DNA of 64,000 nt from NCBI RefSeq assembly GCF_009914755.1, contig NC_060925.1; one strand, written 5' to 3'. Numbering within the stretch: position 1 is the first letter of the stretch; every line of letters starts with the position of its first letter. This DNA comes from the human T2T-CHM13v2.0 reference genome, Homo sapiens. A program made the translations under genes and the position numbers. Below, piece after piece: positions 1 through 20,295 of this stretch. The notes under the pieces are model-generated. The model saw only the letters and a list, made by a program, of their open reading frames with translations, searched no databases and was not told where the DNA came from.

Positions 1-10
1 GAGAAAATGA

Positions 11-459
<449 letters not shown>

Positions 460-1224
460 GGGGTTGCCAGTCTTGAATGGGAGACAGACATGGTGCAGGT
501 GAAAGGGAGGAGGCCGTGGGGAGCATGCTTGTGAAGAAAGCTTCTGTCTGAGTAACCTTCCCAGGAGAAGCCGACTGCATTTCACACCACGTGGTCCAGA
601 CACATCACACATTGCCACTTGGATTCTCATATTAGACCTGAATTTAAATCTCCATTAGAGTGGGGCTTCCGTGTTCCTTGCATGCATGACCTCGGGCAAG
701 TTACTTGATTGCCTTCCTTACCCTGAACCCTGGTGTCGGCATCTGTAGAATGGGGATCTCACACTGGATAGGATCCAGTGATTGATGAGGTGGCTGCCCA
801 GCACACACTAGGCCTCCTTTCTGCACTTCTTTCAAAGGTCCTGGCCAGATGCCACCTTCTTCACAAATGCCTGGCAGGAATTACTCCTCACTTCCATGGG
901 CCACCATGGCCCTCCTTCTGTAAAGCTCTTTTGGTCCTTGTCTGTTTCTGCCTTGTATTATGACTGTTGAATATTAGCCTTATCATCCAGAAGAGATTTT
1001 AGACTTCTTAGGCTCAGGGACTGGATCTAGTTCATCTTGCTTTTGGGGAAATTTGACACCATTGCAGGGTGGCCCAAATTCCTGTTCTGAAATTGGTTGT
1101 TTTAGGGAAGTTAATGGTTTTGTGACTCTGTGAATGACAGTGAATGTGGTGCTATTTAAAACAAGGCACAAAGTGTTATTTTAGGATATTGACTTACACA
1201 GGCTAAAAAGTATTATACACATGA

Positions 1225-2138
<914 letters not shown>

Positions 2139-2156
2139 TGGTGCATTTAGAATGTT

Positions 2157-2485
2157 CCTCCTTCTCCTTCTCCTCTCCTTCTCCCCCTCTCCCTCCCCCT
2201 CCCTTCCCCCTTCCCACCCTCCCCTTCCCCCTCCTCCTCCCTCTTCTTCTTCTTCTTCTTCTTCCTCTTTCTTCTTTTTTCTACTCAGTCTATCCTTATC
2301 CAAGGAATGCTCTTCTTTATATTGAAGTGCAGTTAACTTCCCAGAACCATCATCCTCTTCCCTGGAGCTTCTATCATCATTCACTTATTTATCCACCATG
2401 CATCCATCCACCCATCCACACTTATTCATCATCCATCCATCCATCTATCCATCCATCCATCCATCCATCTGTCCATCCATCCATC
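2157..2485. repeat. Pyrimidine (CCT/CTT) tract 2157-2280 and (TCCA)n microsatellite ~2400-2485
   Basis: Direct reading of sequence. Confidence 0.9.
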
Positions 2486-3924
2486 TGTGTTTTTTTGTTC
2501 TTCCTCTCTCTCTGCCTCCTTTCAGGTTGACTCCGAGCATTGGCGCCTGAGTCTATGGGTGAATGGTTGCACCATTTCCCAAGATTGGGAAGCCAAAGGG
2601 AAGAGCAGGGTGGGGACACAAAACCAATGACATGTTACAGTTCTCTTATGGTCATGCTACATTTGAGGTGTCTTTGGGACACTAAGTAGAGAGGGAATAA
2701 ATGGGCAAGGTAGAGAGAGCACATGATAGGTGTTCAGTAGGTGGTAGCTCTTTAGACATTCAGTGAGTTGCCCCATAATAATGTAATTCAAGTGAGGTGT
2801 GTGTATCATGGAAATGGTGTTGGCTCTGGAGGGCTTGGCTTGAGGTCTCAGCTCTGTCACCTTCACCTTTCTGAGTTCTGCTTTCCTCATCAGTAAGATA
2901 AGAATCCCAGTCGACTCTCTGGGAGGAGCTGGGGGATGTTGAGAGAAGCAGTTTGCAAAGCCCTGGCCATTCCTGTGGGTTCCTCAAAGAAGCAAGACAC
3001 TAATTATTAGTGTCGAGAGGCCCCGATGCCAAAAGGAAGCACCTTCAGCCCCAACAGGGACTGGGGTTTCCTCTGGAATTCTAGCTGGAAAGACAGGTTT
3101 GACCCGGGAACTCAGCTCTGCCCTGGTGTTGGTGACAATCTTAGATCAATAGGCAGAGGGCAAGTCCCTCAGGAAAAAGACCAGTGATCCTCAAGATCCA
3201 TTCTGGGGCCACTATGAGGGTCTTGCTTAACTGCATGCATTTTCTTACTTATTTCTTTTCTTAGATGATATTTCTGGTCCAATGGAAAATATAGACATAG
3301 TGTCACGATTTCAACACAAACGAGCGAATGTGGCTGCCAAAAAATCAGATGCAGGCTTGGCTTTCATTGGAAAGGAAATCAGACTGTGTGTGGAGGGTCT
3401 CATCCTCCTTGAGCATTTCACAGGCCCTTGGAAAGAGTGGCGGCAGGAGGAGCAAAAGGAGGTTCAGTCCAGAAGAGAGAAGGATGCGGAGGTCACAGGG
3501 TAGAAAGTGCTGCTGCCTTGCACCTGTCAGCTCCAGGCCATCCTCTGTCTTTCAGCAAGTAAGAGTCATTTCCTCTGGGAAGCCTCTCCCGATAGTTTCA
3601 GACCAGGGGAAGCCCCCATGTTGTATGGTCTCATAGCACTCTTCATTTTCTTTCTAGCACTAATCAAGCAGGATATTGTATTATTCAGTGACTGTTGGGG
3701 TAGCCAGACTGAGCCCCTAAAGGCAGAGACCCTGTCTGAATGTGCTTACCATTGTATCCCGAGCTCCTGGCACAGTGCCTAACATGTAGTAAGTGCCAAT
3801 TCCTAGCTGCTAAATAATTGGATGATTGAATGATTGGGTGGATGGATGGATGACTAGATGGGTGGATGAATAAGTGAATGATGATAGAAGCTCCAGGGAA
3901 GAAGATGATAGTTCTGGGAAGTCA

Positions 3925-4830
<906 letters not shown>

Positions 4831-5354
4831 CAAAGTAAGTACCAGCTGGTGATGGAAGGGTGCGCTTTGAGAGATGTTGAGCCTCCCAGCCCTGGGCTTG
4901 TCCAAGTAGAGATCAGATGGCTTCCGGTCATGATGCATTGGAAAGCATTCTTGCATGGGATAGAATGCAGACTAACTCTGTGGGACTTTCCGCCTCTAAG
5001 AGGGGGGTTCAAGATTCTAGACTCCTAGGAGGGATTTGGGTGCCTAACAAAGAGGAGGGGGTTCCCTCTGCCATCACTAGATGGGTACCCTATGTAGTCT
5101 TTGGATTATTCTCAAGTATTGTAGCTGGTAAACTTTCTAATTGGTTCTAATGCATCAACATTTTCTTGGCGATTGAGTGATGATAATAACATCCCGCTTA
5201 TAGAACTTTCTAGGTAAGGAACACTGTTCTAGGTGACTTCCATGTAAAGACTCACTTAATCTCCTCAGCACCCCTATGAGATAAGTGTTATTACTGTCAT
5301 TACATCTTAGAGATGGGGAAACTGAGGCAAAGGTAAGTTAAGTAATTGCAAAAT

Positions 5355-5478
5355 TATATATGTATATATATTTATACATGCATAAATATATATGTATATG
5401 TGTATATATACTTATCTATGTATATGTGTATATATATACTTGTATATATATATTTATACATATATATGTGTTTATATA
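5355..5478. repeat. Degenerate (TA)n/(TATG)n low-complexity tract
   Basis: Direct reading. Confidence 0.9.
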
Positions 5479-5521
5479 AATCAAAATCTGTTTCATTTGG
5501 GCACATGTGTGGCTGTTATAG

Positions 5522-5847
<326 letters not shown>

Positions 5848-5859
5848 TCTGTCTTTTAT

Positions 5860-7310
<1,451 letters not shown>

Positions 7311-8208
7311 AAGTTCTTCTTTTCTCTCCTATTAATCTAATTATCTATCTCCATCTGTCTCTCCATCCATTATACCTCCACCCTCCTCTAGCCTTCCACA
7401 GAGTTGATTGGTCACTATAATTTGCTCTCCTCCTCATCTTCCCCTCTTTTGGGGACTCTCTTCCAGTTCACAAGCTCCTTGGTTAAAGTCCTTTGTCAGA
7501 CAAGTTATGTGGATGACAGTTTTCTCTGTTCTCTGTTCAACAATCACCTCCTTTCCTGCCCATGTACCTTCAACCTCAGTCCCCTTTTCTGCTTTACTTT
7601 TCTTCATGCACTTAGCACTTCCTGACATTCTTTATGTGTTTACTATTTACCGGTTTATTTTTTGCCTTCCCCACTAGATGTGAAACTCCTCAAGGGCAGA
7701 TACTCTATTTTATTGACCTTTATATCTTCAGTGCCTGGGACAATGCCTGGCCCATGGTTGCTGCTCAATAAATAGCTGTTGAAAAAATTACATTTTGTAT
7801 ACTTCAAACATCATTCTGCCTTTTGCCCTGACACATGGGCGACATCTTAGCTGAGAATAAGGTTTTTGAGGTGCAGTCCTTTCCTTGTGGCACATATGTC
7901 CACTGTCTTCTGGTTTCCCAGGCTGCACAGAGGAAGTCTGTTGCCAGCTCATCTCTCTGATATTTTGTGCACACCCTAATTTATGCAATATTATACTCGT
8001 ATATTTTTGTTTCTACAGCAATCTCCTATGTCTGTCTTTGAGCCCTTGGCACAATGTCTCATGCATAGTAGGAGTCCCCAAGGTGTTTGTTGTATAAACA
8101 ACTGGCTGAATGAATCCATGGATGAATGGATGAACACAGGAAGAAAGGGAGGACTGAAAGAGTATATTATTGAACACTTGGCATGTCAACCACAGAGATG
8201 GTCTAGAC

Positions 8209-8394
8209 CAGTAGTTTTCAAAGCGGGGCCTAGATCAACAGTGGCAGCCCCACTTGAAAACTTGTTAGAGATGAAAATTTTGGGGCACCACCCAGACCTA
8301 CTAAATCAGAAACTCTGGAGGTGGAGCCCAGGAATTTGTGTTTTAACAAGCCCTGCAGGTGATTCTGATGCAGTTTCCAGTTTGAGAACCACTG
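8209..8394. mobile_element. MER5A-like hAT MITE
   Basis: TIRs cagtagttttcaaa / tttgagaaccactg; 8-bp TSD-like gtctagac / ctgtagac; internal aaatcagaaactctgg...ttttaacaagccc. Confidence 0.85.
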
Positions 8395-9161
8395 CTGTAG
8401 ACCATCCGCATTTTCTGTATGGGAATCCTGAGGTTGGGAGCAGGAAGTGACTCATGTATTCTGTGAGTGTCCAGGTCTCCGTACTTTCAGGCCTGTACTC
8501 TTGCCACTCAACCACGCTGCCTCACCTGATCTTGCTATGTTTTTTGTAATTAAAACCAACCACGTATTTGTCAAAACATTTCAAAGCACTGGGATTGAAT
8601 CTCCACTCTTACAACGTTTCCGATTTCATTGGGGTGTTTCCAGGATTAAAAATGTGAGTTAGAGTTGTTTCTATAAGGCTTTGAGCAGTGGAAAAGTGCC
8701 AGGCGATTGCATTACTTTTCAGAGGAGGCTTCTCAGGCTGGGGCTGTAACGTTATAGCCCAATGTTATGGCTCATGCCCTCCTCTCTGCTCAGTGCCTTA
8801 ATGCATGTCATACATGATCCAGTTTCCTCCTGTTGGCAGGAGCAAATGTGTAAATGGCAGTCATTGCTAGCCCAGGAGGGAGATGAGGAACTCTGACTTG
8901 ATCAAGCACTCATGATCATTGCCTTTTTCTCACTAATTTCTTCATTTGTCACCAAGTGTCTTTTTAATGTATTTTGTACATTCCTTTCCAGTCTTTTTTA
9001 TATGCAAATTTTTTATTAGTTTGTCTTTATGTTTTGGGCAAAGCCATGCTCATTATACTATCAAAGATTGCTTCCTTTCCTCAGTACACCTAGCACAGGC
9101 CCTTCCTCAGCTACTACTATAGAGCCCTTACCCATCTATTTTTTTTTCTAATATACTTTCA

Positions 9162-9822
<661 letters not shown>

Positions 9823-10209
9823 CAGCTGCACTCTTATTCTTTAGAGAACAGGATTTTAGGATTAGAGAACTGAGATTTTTGAGTAGAGCAGTGACATTCT
9901 TAGATTTCTCCTTTTTGAAAAAGCTTCTGGGAGCATTCTGTTGACTGGACCAGGCTTCGTTGATTGTGTATCATTTGTCAGACTCTGGGCTATGGGGTGG
10001 GTACAATGATGAACGGGACACAACACCTGCCTTCTAGTTTTACCTTCGCAGCTCAACAGTAGAATTTGTTTATTTATTTAGAAATAATTATTATGTTATC
10101 TTTGGGTAGAGATGGGGTTGCTTAGGCTCTTGGCCTCAAGTGATCCTCCCGCCTTGGCCTCCCAAAGTGCTGGAATTACAGGCATGAGCCACCATGCCTG
10201 GGCTAGAAT

Positions 10210-12110
<1,901 letters not shown>

Positions 12111-12197
12111 ATATGTAATATAATTTATTTTGAAATGACATCAATGTATATTAATGGAATGTGTGTGTTTCCACTTCCCCCTTTATCCCACATTTAG

Positions 12198-12334
12198 GTA
12201 GTATCACATTGTTTGCAGTCATTACCATCATCCTGGGATGCCTTAAAATTAGATACTTCATTGGATTTTCAGAATGTTTATCAGCCACTGAAGGAGTTTT
12301 CCCTGTCACCCATTCAGTGCATACTTTGTTGCAG
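12198..12334 (+). pseudogene. OTOP1: OTOP1-like exon 2 (137 bp)
   Basis: catttAG|GT AGT ATC... translates GSITLFAVITIILGCLKIRYFIGFSECLSATEGVFPVTHSVHTLLQ, then donor GTAAAC at 12335. Confidence 0.93.
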
Positions 12335-13099
12335 GTAAACCACTGATGTTTATTCATGTTGTCTCATTCCTGTGAAGTGTATCCCAGGTTGTGTAGAAAC
12401 TTGTAACATCAAGACATGTGGCAAGTGGAGACAGTGTGCACAGCTGTGAACTGCAATGAACTGAGGTGAACTGAAGTCTATCTTTGAGGCTTAATTCTTC
12501 AGCTGCCTCCATTGCAAAATAAAACTCTGTGTCCCCATGGCCATTTTTGCAGGGATCCTATGAGGCAGAACTTCTAATGATGAAGAGTCAGGAAATTCTG
12601 CCAAGCCAGGGTCTACAGTAAAAGCTTGAGGGAGTTTTATTTTCTGGGTATGTAACAGGTTTATTGAGAGAATTCACATGGCATATAATTCACCCATTTA
12701 ACATGTGGAATTCAACGGTTTAGTCTGTTCATAGAGTTATGCAACCATTGCCAAAATCAATTTTATTTTTTAAAAAAATTTAATATTCTTCCTACATAGA
12801 AACCTTGTGCCATTGCAATGCCTCCTCTGGGTCATGGAAGCGCTTTTGTTTTCTCGTTTGGGGATTAAAGTCTTAGAAATGTATAAGGATTTTTTCCCAC
12901 AGCATTGGTAAACTTGGTATGGCTCAGAAGGAAGGATTTGATAAATATAATTTAAATACATAGCTTAGGGTCAGAAAAATCTCATGGTTGAAAAGAATGT
13001 TAGATGGGCTTTCAGGGTAGTGTTCGCCCTTGGCAGAAATCCGTGGTAATGTTATCAGAGTCAGGATCTGAATTGTTGAATTGTCAGTCTCATTTTTTT

Positions 13100-13750
13100 T
13101 TGTTTTTTGTTGTATATGTTTAAGGTATACAACATGATTATTTGATATTCCTATCCATAGTGAAGTGATTACTACAGTCAAGCATATTTATGTCTGTCAT
13201 CTCACATAGTTGCCTTTCTTTTTTTGGATGTGGTAAGAGCACCTAAAATCTATTCTCTTAGCAAATTTCCAGTATACAATACAATAGTATTAACTACAGT
13301 CTTCACGTTGTCCATTACATCTCTAGAATTATTCATCTTACGTATTTGCAACTTTGTACCCTTTGACCAAAATCTTCTAATTTTTCCCCTCCAACTACCA
13401 TTCTACTCTTTATGTTATTTTGTTTTTATTTATTAATTTAATTCAATTTTAGAGACAGGGTCTTGCTCTGTTGCCCAGGGTAGAGTGCAGTGGTGCCATC
13501 ACGGATTACTGCAGCCTTGAATTCAGCTCAAGTGATCCTCCCGCCTCAGTCTCCCTAGTAGCTAGGACTACAGGCCCACATCACCATGCCCAGCTTCTAC
13601 CATCTGTTTTTATGCATTGGATTAAAAACGTTTTTCTAGATACTACATATAAGTGAGATTATGCAGTATTTTTCTTTCTGTGTCTGCCTTATTTCACTGA
13701 GCACAATGTCCTCCAGATTTGCCCATGTTGTTGCAAATGGCAGGCTCTGC
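13100..13750 (-). mobile_element. L1M 3' fragment with inserted Alu monomer (~13447-13595)
   Basis: aaatctattctcttagcaaatttccagtatacaataca...; Alu right-arm consensus. Confidence 0.7.
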
Positions 13751-14209
13751 TCTCATTTTTTTCTAACGAAGAAGTTGGAGCTCAGAGAAGACAAGTGACT
13801 TGCTCAAAGTCACTGCGGAGACACAATGATTATTTTCTTCCTGACAAGTCACCCTGGAAGACCATGAACTTGTTCTGGTGATACTGCCATTGCTGGAAAT
13901 ATTTTTGGATTTCCAGTTTGAGAAGGTTCTTTGGAAAGTTTTCTACCTCTAGAAAACCAGGGATGACATGTTTAAAACTTCATCTTTTATCCAAAGTGAC
14001 CGTCAGCTTGTACCCCCAGCTGACTTACCAGACAGCACTGGATGACCTTAGAGTGTTTCTCTAGATCAAACACATTCTCAAACAGTGAAGCTAACAGACA
14101 GAACGTGCCCAGTGAGCCTGGAAACAGTTTAGCTCCATGGTGGCATGGTGGGATCACTGGGGAGCTTGCTGAGGGGCTCATTTGGAGGGGCTGCCTTGCA
14201 CTTGAAAGC

Positions 14210-14905
14210 TGTTATGAACTGAGTCATATCCCCTGTGAAATTCATATGCCGAAACCCTCATTCTCAGTACCTGAGCATGTGACTGTATTTGGAGATAGGG
14301 TCGTTTAGAGGAGATTGAGGTTAAATAAGATCATTAGGCTGGCCCAAATTCAATATGCCTAGTGTCTTTATTTTTTATGTTTTTGAGACGGAATTTTGCT
14401 TGTTGCCCAGGCTGCAGTGCAATGGCATAATCTCGGCTCACTGCAACTTCCGTCTCCTGGGTTCAAGCAATTCTCCTGCCTCAGTCTCCCAAGTAGCTCG
14501 GGTTACAGGCACCTGCCACCATGCCCAGCTAACTTTTGTATTTTTAGTGGAGATGAGGTTTCACCATGTTGGCCAGGCTGGTCTCGAACTCCTGACCTCA
14601 GGCAATCCACCTGCCTCGGCCTCCCAAAGTATTGGGATTACAGGCGTGAGGCACCGCGCCTGGCCCTGGTGTCTTTATAACAAGAGGAGAGAAGGACACA
14701 GACACACACAGAGAGACAGCCATGTAAAGACACTGGAGGAAATTGACCATCTACAAGCCAAAGAGAGAGGCCTCAAAAGGAACCAACCCTGCCCATACCT
14801 TGATCTTGGATTTCTAACCCCAGGACCCTGAGAAGAGAAATTCCTGTTATTGAAGTTGATGATCTGTGGTCCTTTGTTATGGCAGCCCAAGCTGATCAAA
14901 GATAA
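14210..14905 (+). mobile_element. MLT1 (MaLR) solo LTR split by an antisense AluS (~14370-14665)
   Basis: gtgactgtatttggagatagggtc...aaattcctgttattgaag...tttgttatggcagccc; TSD-like ctagtgtcttta / ctggtgtcttta. Confidence 0.8.
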
Positions 14906-15937
14906 CTGGCTGCTCATTCCAGGGGAGCCAAATCCCGTGAAGACAGAGCCTTATAGTGATACAGTGACAATGTGGAAAGCTTTCGTGAGGCCAGAACGAA
15001 CTGCATTCGTTCATTCATTTTTCTTGTAGTTCATCTTTAAATACTGGACGAACATTGTTCTCAGCATGGGGAATACAAGGCTGTAAAGTCTGTGTCACAC
15101 ACCATGGGGGTGTCAGTTAGGTGAGAGGCAGTCCCCAAAACAGTGACAACGCTGGGCTCAGTGCTTTGACCAGAGTGTCCCAGAGCAATGAGGGAGCACA
15201 AAGGAGGGCATTTTGGCAGCTTGGAGTGACAGTCAATTTCTGCCAGGGAAGGTCCCAGAACCGTTTGTGAGAGAGGGAGGAGCACAGGGTTAGTGGGTCA
15301 GAGGCCACTGGAAGAGGGTGTCTTTGGGACATGCAGTCTTTCCTCACAGTGGGGTAGCAGGAGGATGTGTGGGCACAGGCTGGATCCCTGTTTGGTGTAG
15401 GGCTTGTAAGCTTGCACTCTGGTCAGATTGCATGACTCTGGCTCTGACCACAGCTGTGTGACTTCAGGCAAATTACTTAACTTCTCTGGGCCTCATGGGT
15501 CTTACTTGCAAGCTGAGGACAATCACAGTACCTACTTCATGGGCTCGTTGTAGAGATTAAAGGCACATGTGTATGAAAAGCACTTGGCACAGGGCTAGGT
15601 GTGCAGCAAATTCTTGGTCAAGGCTGACCGCCACCTAGGGGCTTGGGCTTCACCTCGAGGGCAGTGGGGAGCCACTGAAGGCTTTAGGCAGAAGAATGAC
15701 TGGGACAGATATGAATTTTCAAAATATCCCTCTTAGTTGGTGGGTTGGAGATCCTAGCTTTCTAATTTAAGGCATTTTATTGGCCAGGCAAGTCAATGAA
15801 TTAATCATTCTATACCTGTTGGACACTTACCATGTGCTTTTGCTACATTAGATGACTGGCGAATGGAAAAAAGTATATATAACAATTAGGCGCTGTTCTA
15901 AAAAACAGAGCATTTATTTTAAAATTGTGGCAAATAC

Positions 15938-16417
15938 TGAAAAACCTGTAGATATCAGGATGAAATCGCTTTTGTCAGACCCAGGCAAAATAGGTCTGGG
16001 AAGGCGCTAAGGAGAGGGCACTTCTGTCTACGTGTCTGAGATACAAAGTGTTTCCAAAGACTTTCTAAAAACCCTTCATGCATCTCCTGCTTTGAAGAGG
16101 TTGGACATTACTAGACATTCTTTAGGACTGCAGTAAAGCAGATAAGATGCTCTTGGAAGAACACTTGTCCAGCACTGGCATCTCCACCAATGAACTGATG
16201 ACAACTCTGGCTTTGAGCCTCTAGAACCGATGAACTCTTTTTCTCTGTGGATTATGTAAATCTCTCTTTGCTAATAACAGCTCCTCCTTACCCTTCCCTC
16301 ACCGAATGCGCTGGTGGCTTGCCATTCCATGCATTCTGGACTGTAATTCCTATTTCCAAGTAAATCCAACATATTTAGTGATAATTTTCTCTAGTGTCTT
16401 TTTTTTTCAGGTTGACA
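15938..16417 (+). mobile_element. ERV-type solo LTR (~480 bp) nested in an L1M fragment
   Basis: TG...CA ends (tgaaaaacc...aggttgaca); the flanks rejoin to L1 consensus ttgtggcaaatac|atcacataacatttaccatc; family not identified. Confidence 0.6.
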
Positions 16418-16831
16418 ATCACATAACATTTACCATCTTAGTCATTTTAAGCGTATGGTTCATTAATGTTAAGTACATTCACTTGTTGTACAACCAATCT
16501 GCAAACGTTTTTCATCTTGCAAAACTGAAACTCTGAGCCCACTACACAACTCTCTATTTCCTCCTCCTCTGGCTTTTGGCAAACTCTGTTCTACTTTCTG
16601 TCTTTATGAGTTTGAATATTCTAGATGCCTCGTATGAATTGAACCATACAGTATTGGTCTTCTTGTGTCTGGCTTATTTCTCACAGCATAACGTTCTCAA
16701 GGGTCATCCATGATGTAGCCAGAATCATGGCTGAGAAGGAGCCGTGTATTTGTGTGCACATGTCTGTCTCACCCTATGGTGCCTGAGGCTCTCCCAGGGC
16801 TGCTTGAGAACTGAGTCCTTGTGTTTTTCAG

Positions 16832-16957
16832 GTTTGGGGTGATCCACTTGGTGTTCACCAACCTGCTTCTGTGGGCCAACGGCGTCCTCAATGAGTCAAA
16901 GCACCAATGAGCACAAGGAATGGCTCATCACTCTGGGCTTTGGGAACATAACAACAG
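16832..16957 (+). pseudogene. OTOP1: OTOP1-like exon 4 (126 bp; 5-bp deletion, premature stop)
   Basis: tttttcAG|G TTT GGG GTG ATC CAC = FGVIHLVFTNLLLWANGVLNESKHQ* (TGA 16908-16910). A shifted frame continues NEHKEWLITLGFGNITT. Donor GTGAGT at 16958. Not in the ORF track. Confidence 0.92.
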
Positions 16958-17999
16958 GTGAGTGCTGAGAGAGGTGAGTGGCCCCTCTGCCATGTTGGAA
17001 TGTCTTGGAAACCTGCAGAGTCCACAGTGTTCAGAGATGGAGTGCAGGTTCCAAAGAACTTCAGGCCCACCAAAGTCAGCATCAGCCAGACAGCCCCCTG
17101 TTGTTGAAAATCTTCCAAAACCTGAATCTCTCATAAGTGATGTGTACTGAGCATAATTAAAGGTTTCTTCCATGACTCAGGGACTTGTAAGACCCACGGT
17201 GATCATTCTGATGGCCATTTCTCATGGTCCAGTTTGCCGCAGAAATAAATGTCTTTGTTTTCAACTACAGAAGATTGATGGTTGCCTCTGCTTGTGTTTT
17301 TAATTAAACCTCTACTACCAGTTCTTTCTAGTAAAAGTATGGCTTTTAAAAATTCATAAAAGTCTAATGGTAGGTTGTGGTTAATAGGCTGTGGTTCATT
17401 TAAAGTTTTAATTTAACTGTAGTTGGCTTATAATTCTAGCTCATGTCTGTTCTACCTTGTTCCTATTTGAGAGCCTGTTGGGTTAATCTTTATATTTTCA
17501 TCTAAAATCCTTTAGCATTTACAATATGTCACTTCTATATGAGAACATTCAGGCTGAGGGGAATGTGGGGCAGGGAACTGGGTGTCTCAGGTTTGTTCCC
17601 ATCATGTACAAGCTGTGTGATCTTTAGAAGACATTTAATCTCTCTGAGCCTCCCTTTTCTCATTTGTAAAGTGAGGGTATCCAAATCACGCACTTGCAAA
17701 GATCCCTTCCAGCTTTAACATGCAGCAAGTCTGTGACAGCTGTGTGAACCCAAGCTGTCCTGGAGAGCCACTTTGAACCTGTTTTGTCATCAGTGGGGTG
17801 GAGACAACGAAGTCACCACCCCCAACCAGCAGGCACTCGGTGTTTGGGCCTCATGTCCTCCTTGGTATCAATATTAGTAGCAGCAATGACCACAATAACA
17901 AAAGTAAATTTTTATTAAGCATTTGCTGAGTGCCAGCCACTGTTGTTGGAAATTTACACATGTCATTTAATTTGTACCCCCACACTCTCTGGTAGGCTA

Positions 18000-18011
18000 T
18001 ATATGTGTGTA

Positions 18012-18064
<53 letters not shown>

Positions 18065-20233
18065 GTTTGTTTTGAGACAGAGTCTCACTCTGTCGCCTAA
18101 GCTGGAGTACAGTAGCGTGATCTCGGCTCACTGCAACCTCTGCCTCCCATGTTCAAGTGATTCTCCTGCCTCAGCTTCCTGAGTAGCTGGGACTACAGGT
18201 GCATGCCACCATACCTGGCTAATTTTTGTATTTTTAATAGAGACGGGGTTTCACTATGTTGGCCAGGCTGGTCTCGAACTCCTGGCCTTGTGATCCGCCA
18301 GCCTTGGCCTCCCAAACTGTTGGGATTACAGGCGTGAGCCACTGCGCCTGGCCTCAGGTAGACAATATTAACCTCATTATATGGATGAAGGCATCAAGCC
18401 ACGGAGAAGTTAGCCCAGGGTAACACAGTGAACATGTGATACAGCCATGATTTGAATCCTAACAATCTGGCTTCAAGGCCCTCTGTGAAAGATGAAGTTG
18501 GATTAATTTTCTAAAAAAGGACTCTGTCAGCTGTAACATTCTGTTACTCTGAACTTTTCCTCCTGATTTCTTCCCTTGTCTTCTGCATAACACCGTATTG
18601 AATTGTAAGTGCTAGGGAAGCCCTGTGTGAATTGAAGATTATTACTGGGGCAGTGACTCACACCTGTAATCTGAGCACTTTGTAATCCTAAGGCAGGAGC
18701 ATTGCTTTAGCCTAGGAATTTGAGACCAGCCTGGGCAACAAAGAGAGACCCCAGCTCTGGAAAAAAAAAAAAAAAAAAGCCAGGCATGGTGGCATGGGCT
18801 CGTGGTCCCAGCTATAGCTACATGGGAGACTGACGCAGGAGGATCACTTGAGCCCAGGAAGTCAAGGCTGCAGTGAGCTGTGTTTGTGCCACTGCACTCC
18901 AGCCTGGGCAACAGAGGGAGACCCTATATAAAAAAGAATAAAAAAAGAAAAAGAAAATTTCATAGTGTTCTGTGAAAGTAAAATTAATGCTACGATATAG
19001 TTTTTCTCAGATTTTTTTTTTTTAGACGGAGTCTTGCTTGTCGCCCAGGCTGGAGTGCAGTGGCATGGTCTCGGATCATTGCAAGCTCTGCCTCCCGGGG
19101 GTCACACTATTCTCCTGCCTCAGCCTCCTGAGTAGCTGGGACTACAGGCGCCCACCACCACGCCTGGCTAATTTTTTGTATTTTTAGTAGAGACAGGGTT
19201 TCACCGTGTTAGCCAGGATGGTCTCAATCTCCTGACCTTGTGATCTACCTGCCTCGGCCCTCCAAAGTGCTGGGATTATAGGCATGAGCCACCACGCCCA
19301 GCTGCTTTTCTCAGATTTTATAAGTAATATATACATATCATAAACTAAAACAATGACAAAGTGTGAAGCAAAAAAATCCACAACACTTACCCAGAAATGC
19401 AGTAAATGCTGTGAATGTTTGGTTATTTTTTTGTAGTGTGCCATTTATTTATAGTTGATTTTATACTATATATTTGATCTTTTTTTATTGCAACCTTCAA
19501 TAAGAGACAGATTTTACACTGTAATCCAAACACGCACATACTTATGTGTGTATGCTTGATGAAATAATACTTAATTTTACTGTATCAGAGATGCTTCCAA
19601 ATTTTATCGGAGTTGATTCCACTCCATTCTATCCTATTCTAGTCCACTGAAAATTATTTCTGCTACAAAAAAGTTGGTTGCTACCTGATTTTACAGCCTT
19701 GTACTGGGTTGTGACTTGCATTAAAGAAATATACAGTTTGTTCTTACTTTTTTCCATTTTCCTTGAAACGAGATTACTTTCTTAATATTAAAACACATCC
19801 TGGCTGGGTGCAGTGGCTCATGCCTTTAATCCCAGAACTTCGGGAGGCTGAGGCGGGCAGATCGCATGAGCTCAGGAGTTCAAGACCAGCCTAGCCAACA
19901 TGGCGGAACGTTGTCTCTACAAAAAATATAAAAATTAGCCGGGAGTGGTGGCATGGGCCTGTGGTCCCAGCTACTCAGCAGGCTGAAGTAGGAGGATGCT
20001 TGAGCACAGAAGGCTGATGTTGCAGTGAGCCAAGATTGTGCCACAGCACTCCAGCCTGGGCAACAGAAGGAGGCTCTGTCTCAAAACAAACAAAAAACAA
20101 AACAACCCCCCCCCATACCCAAAACCATAAAGCACATCTTAATTATAACGTGCAGTGGCTGTCTACTATCTCATTGTTGGGATATACTAAAATTTACTTA
20201 ACAATTTCTAAGTTGTTGGACCTTGAGCTGTTC

Positions 20234-20295
<62 letters not shown>

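Noticed and set aside
15318-15345. tctttgggacatgca as a remnant of exon 3
   Set aside because: Only a short chance similarity, with no splice sites or continuing homology
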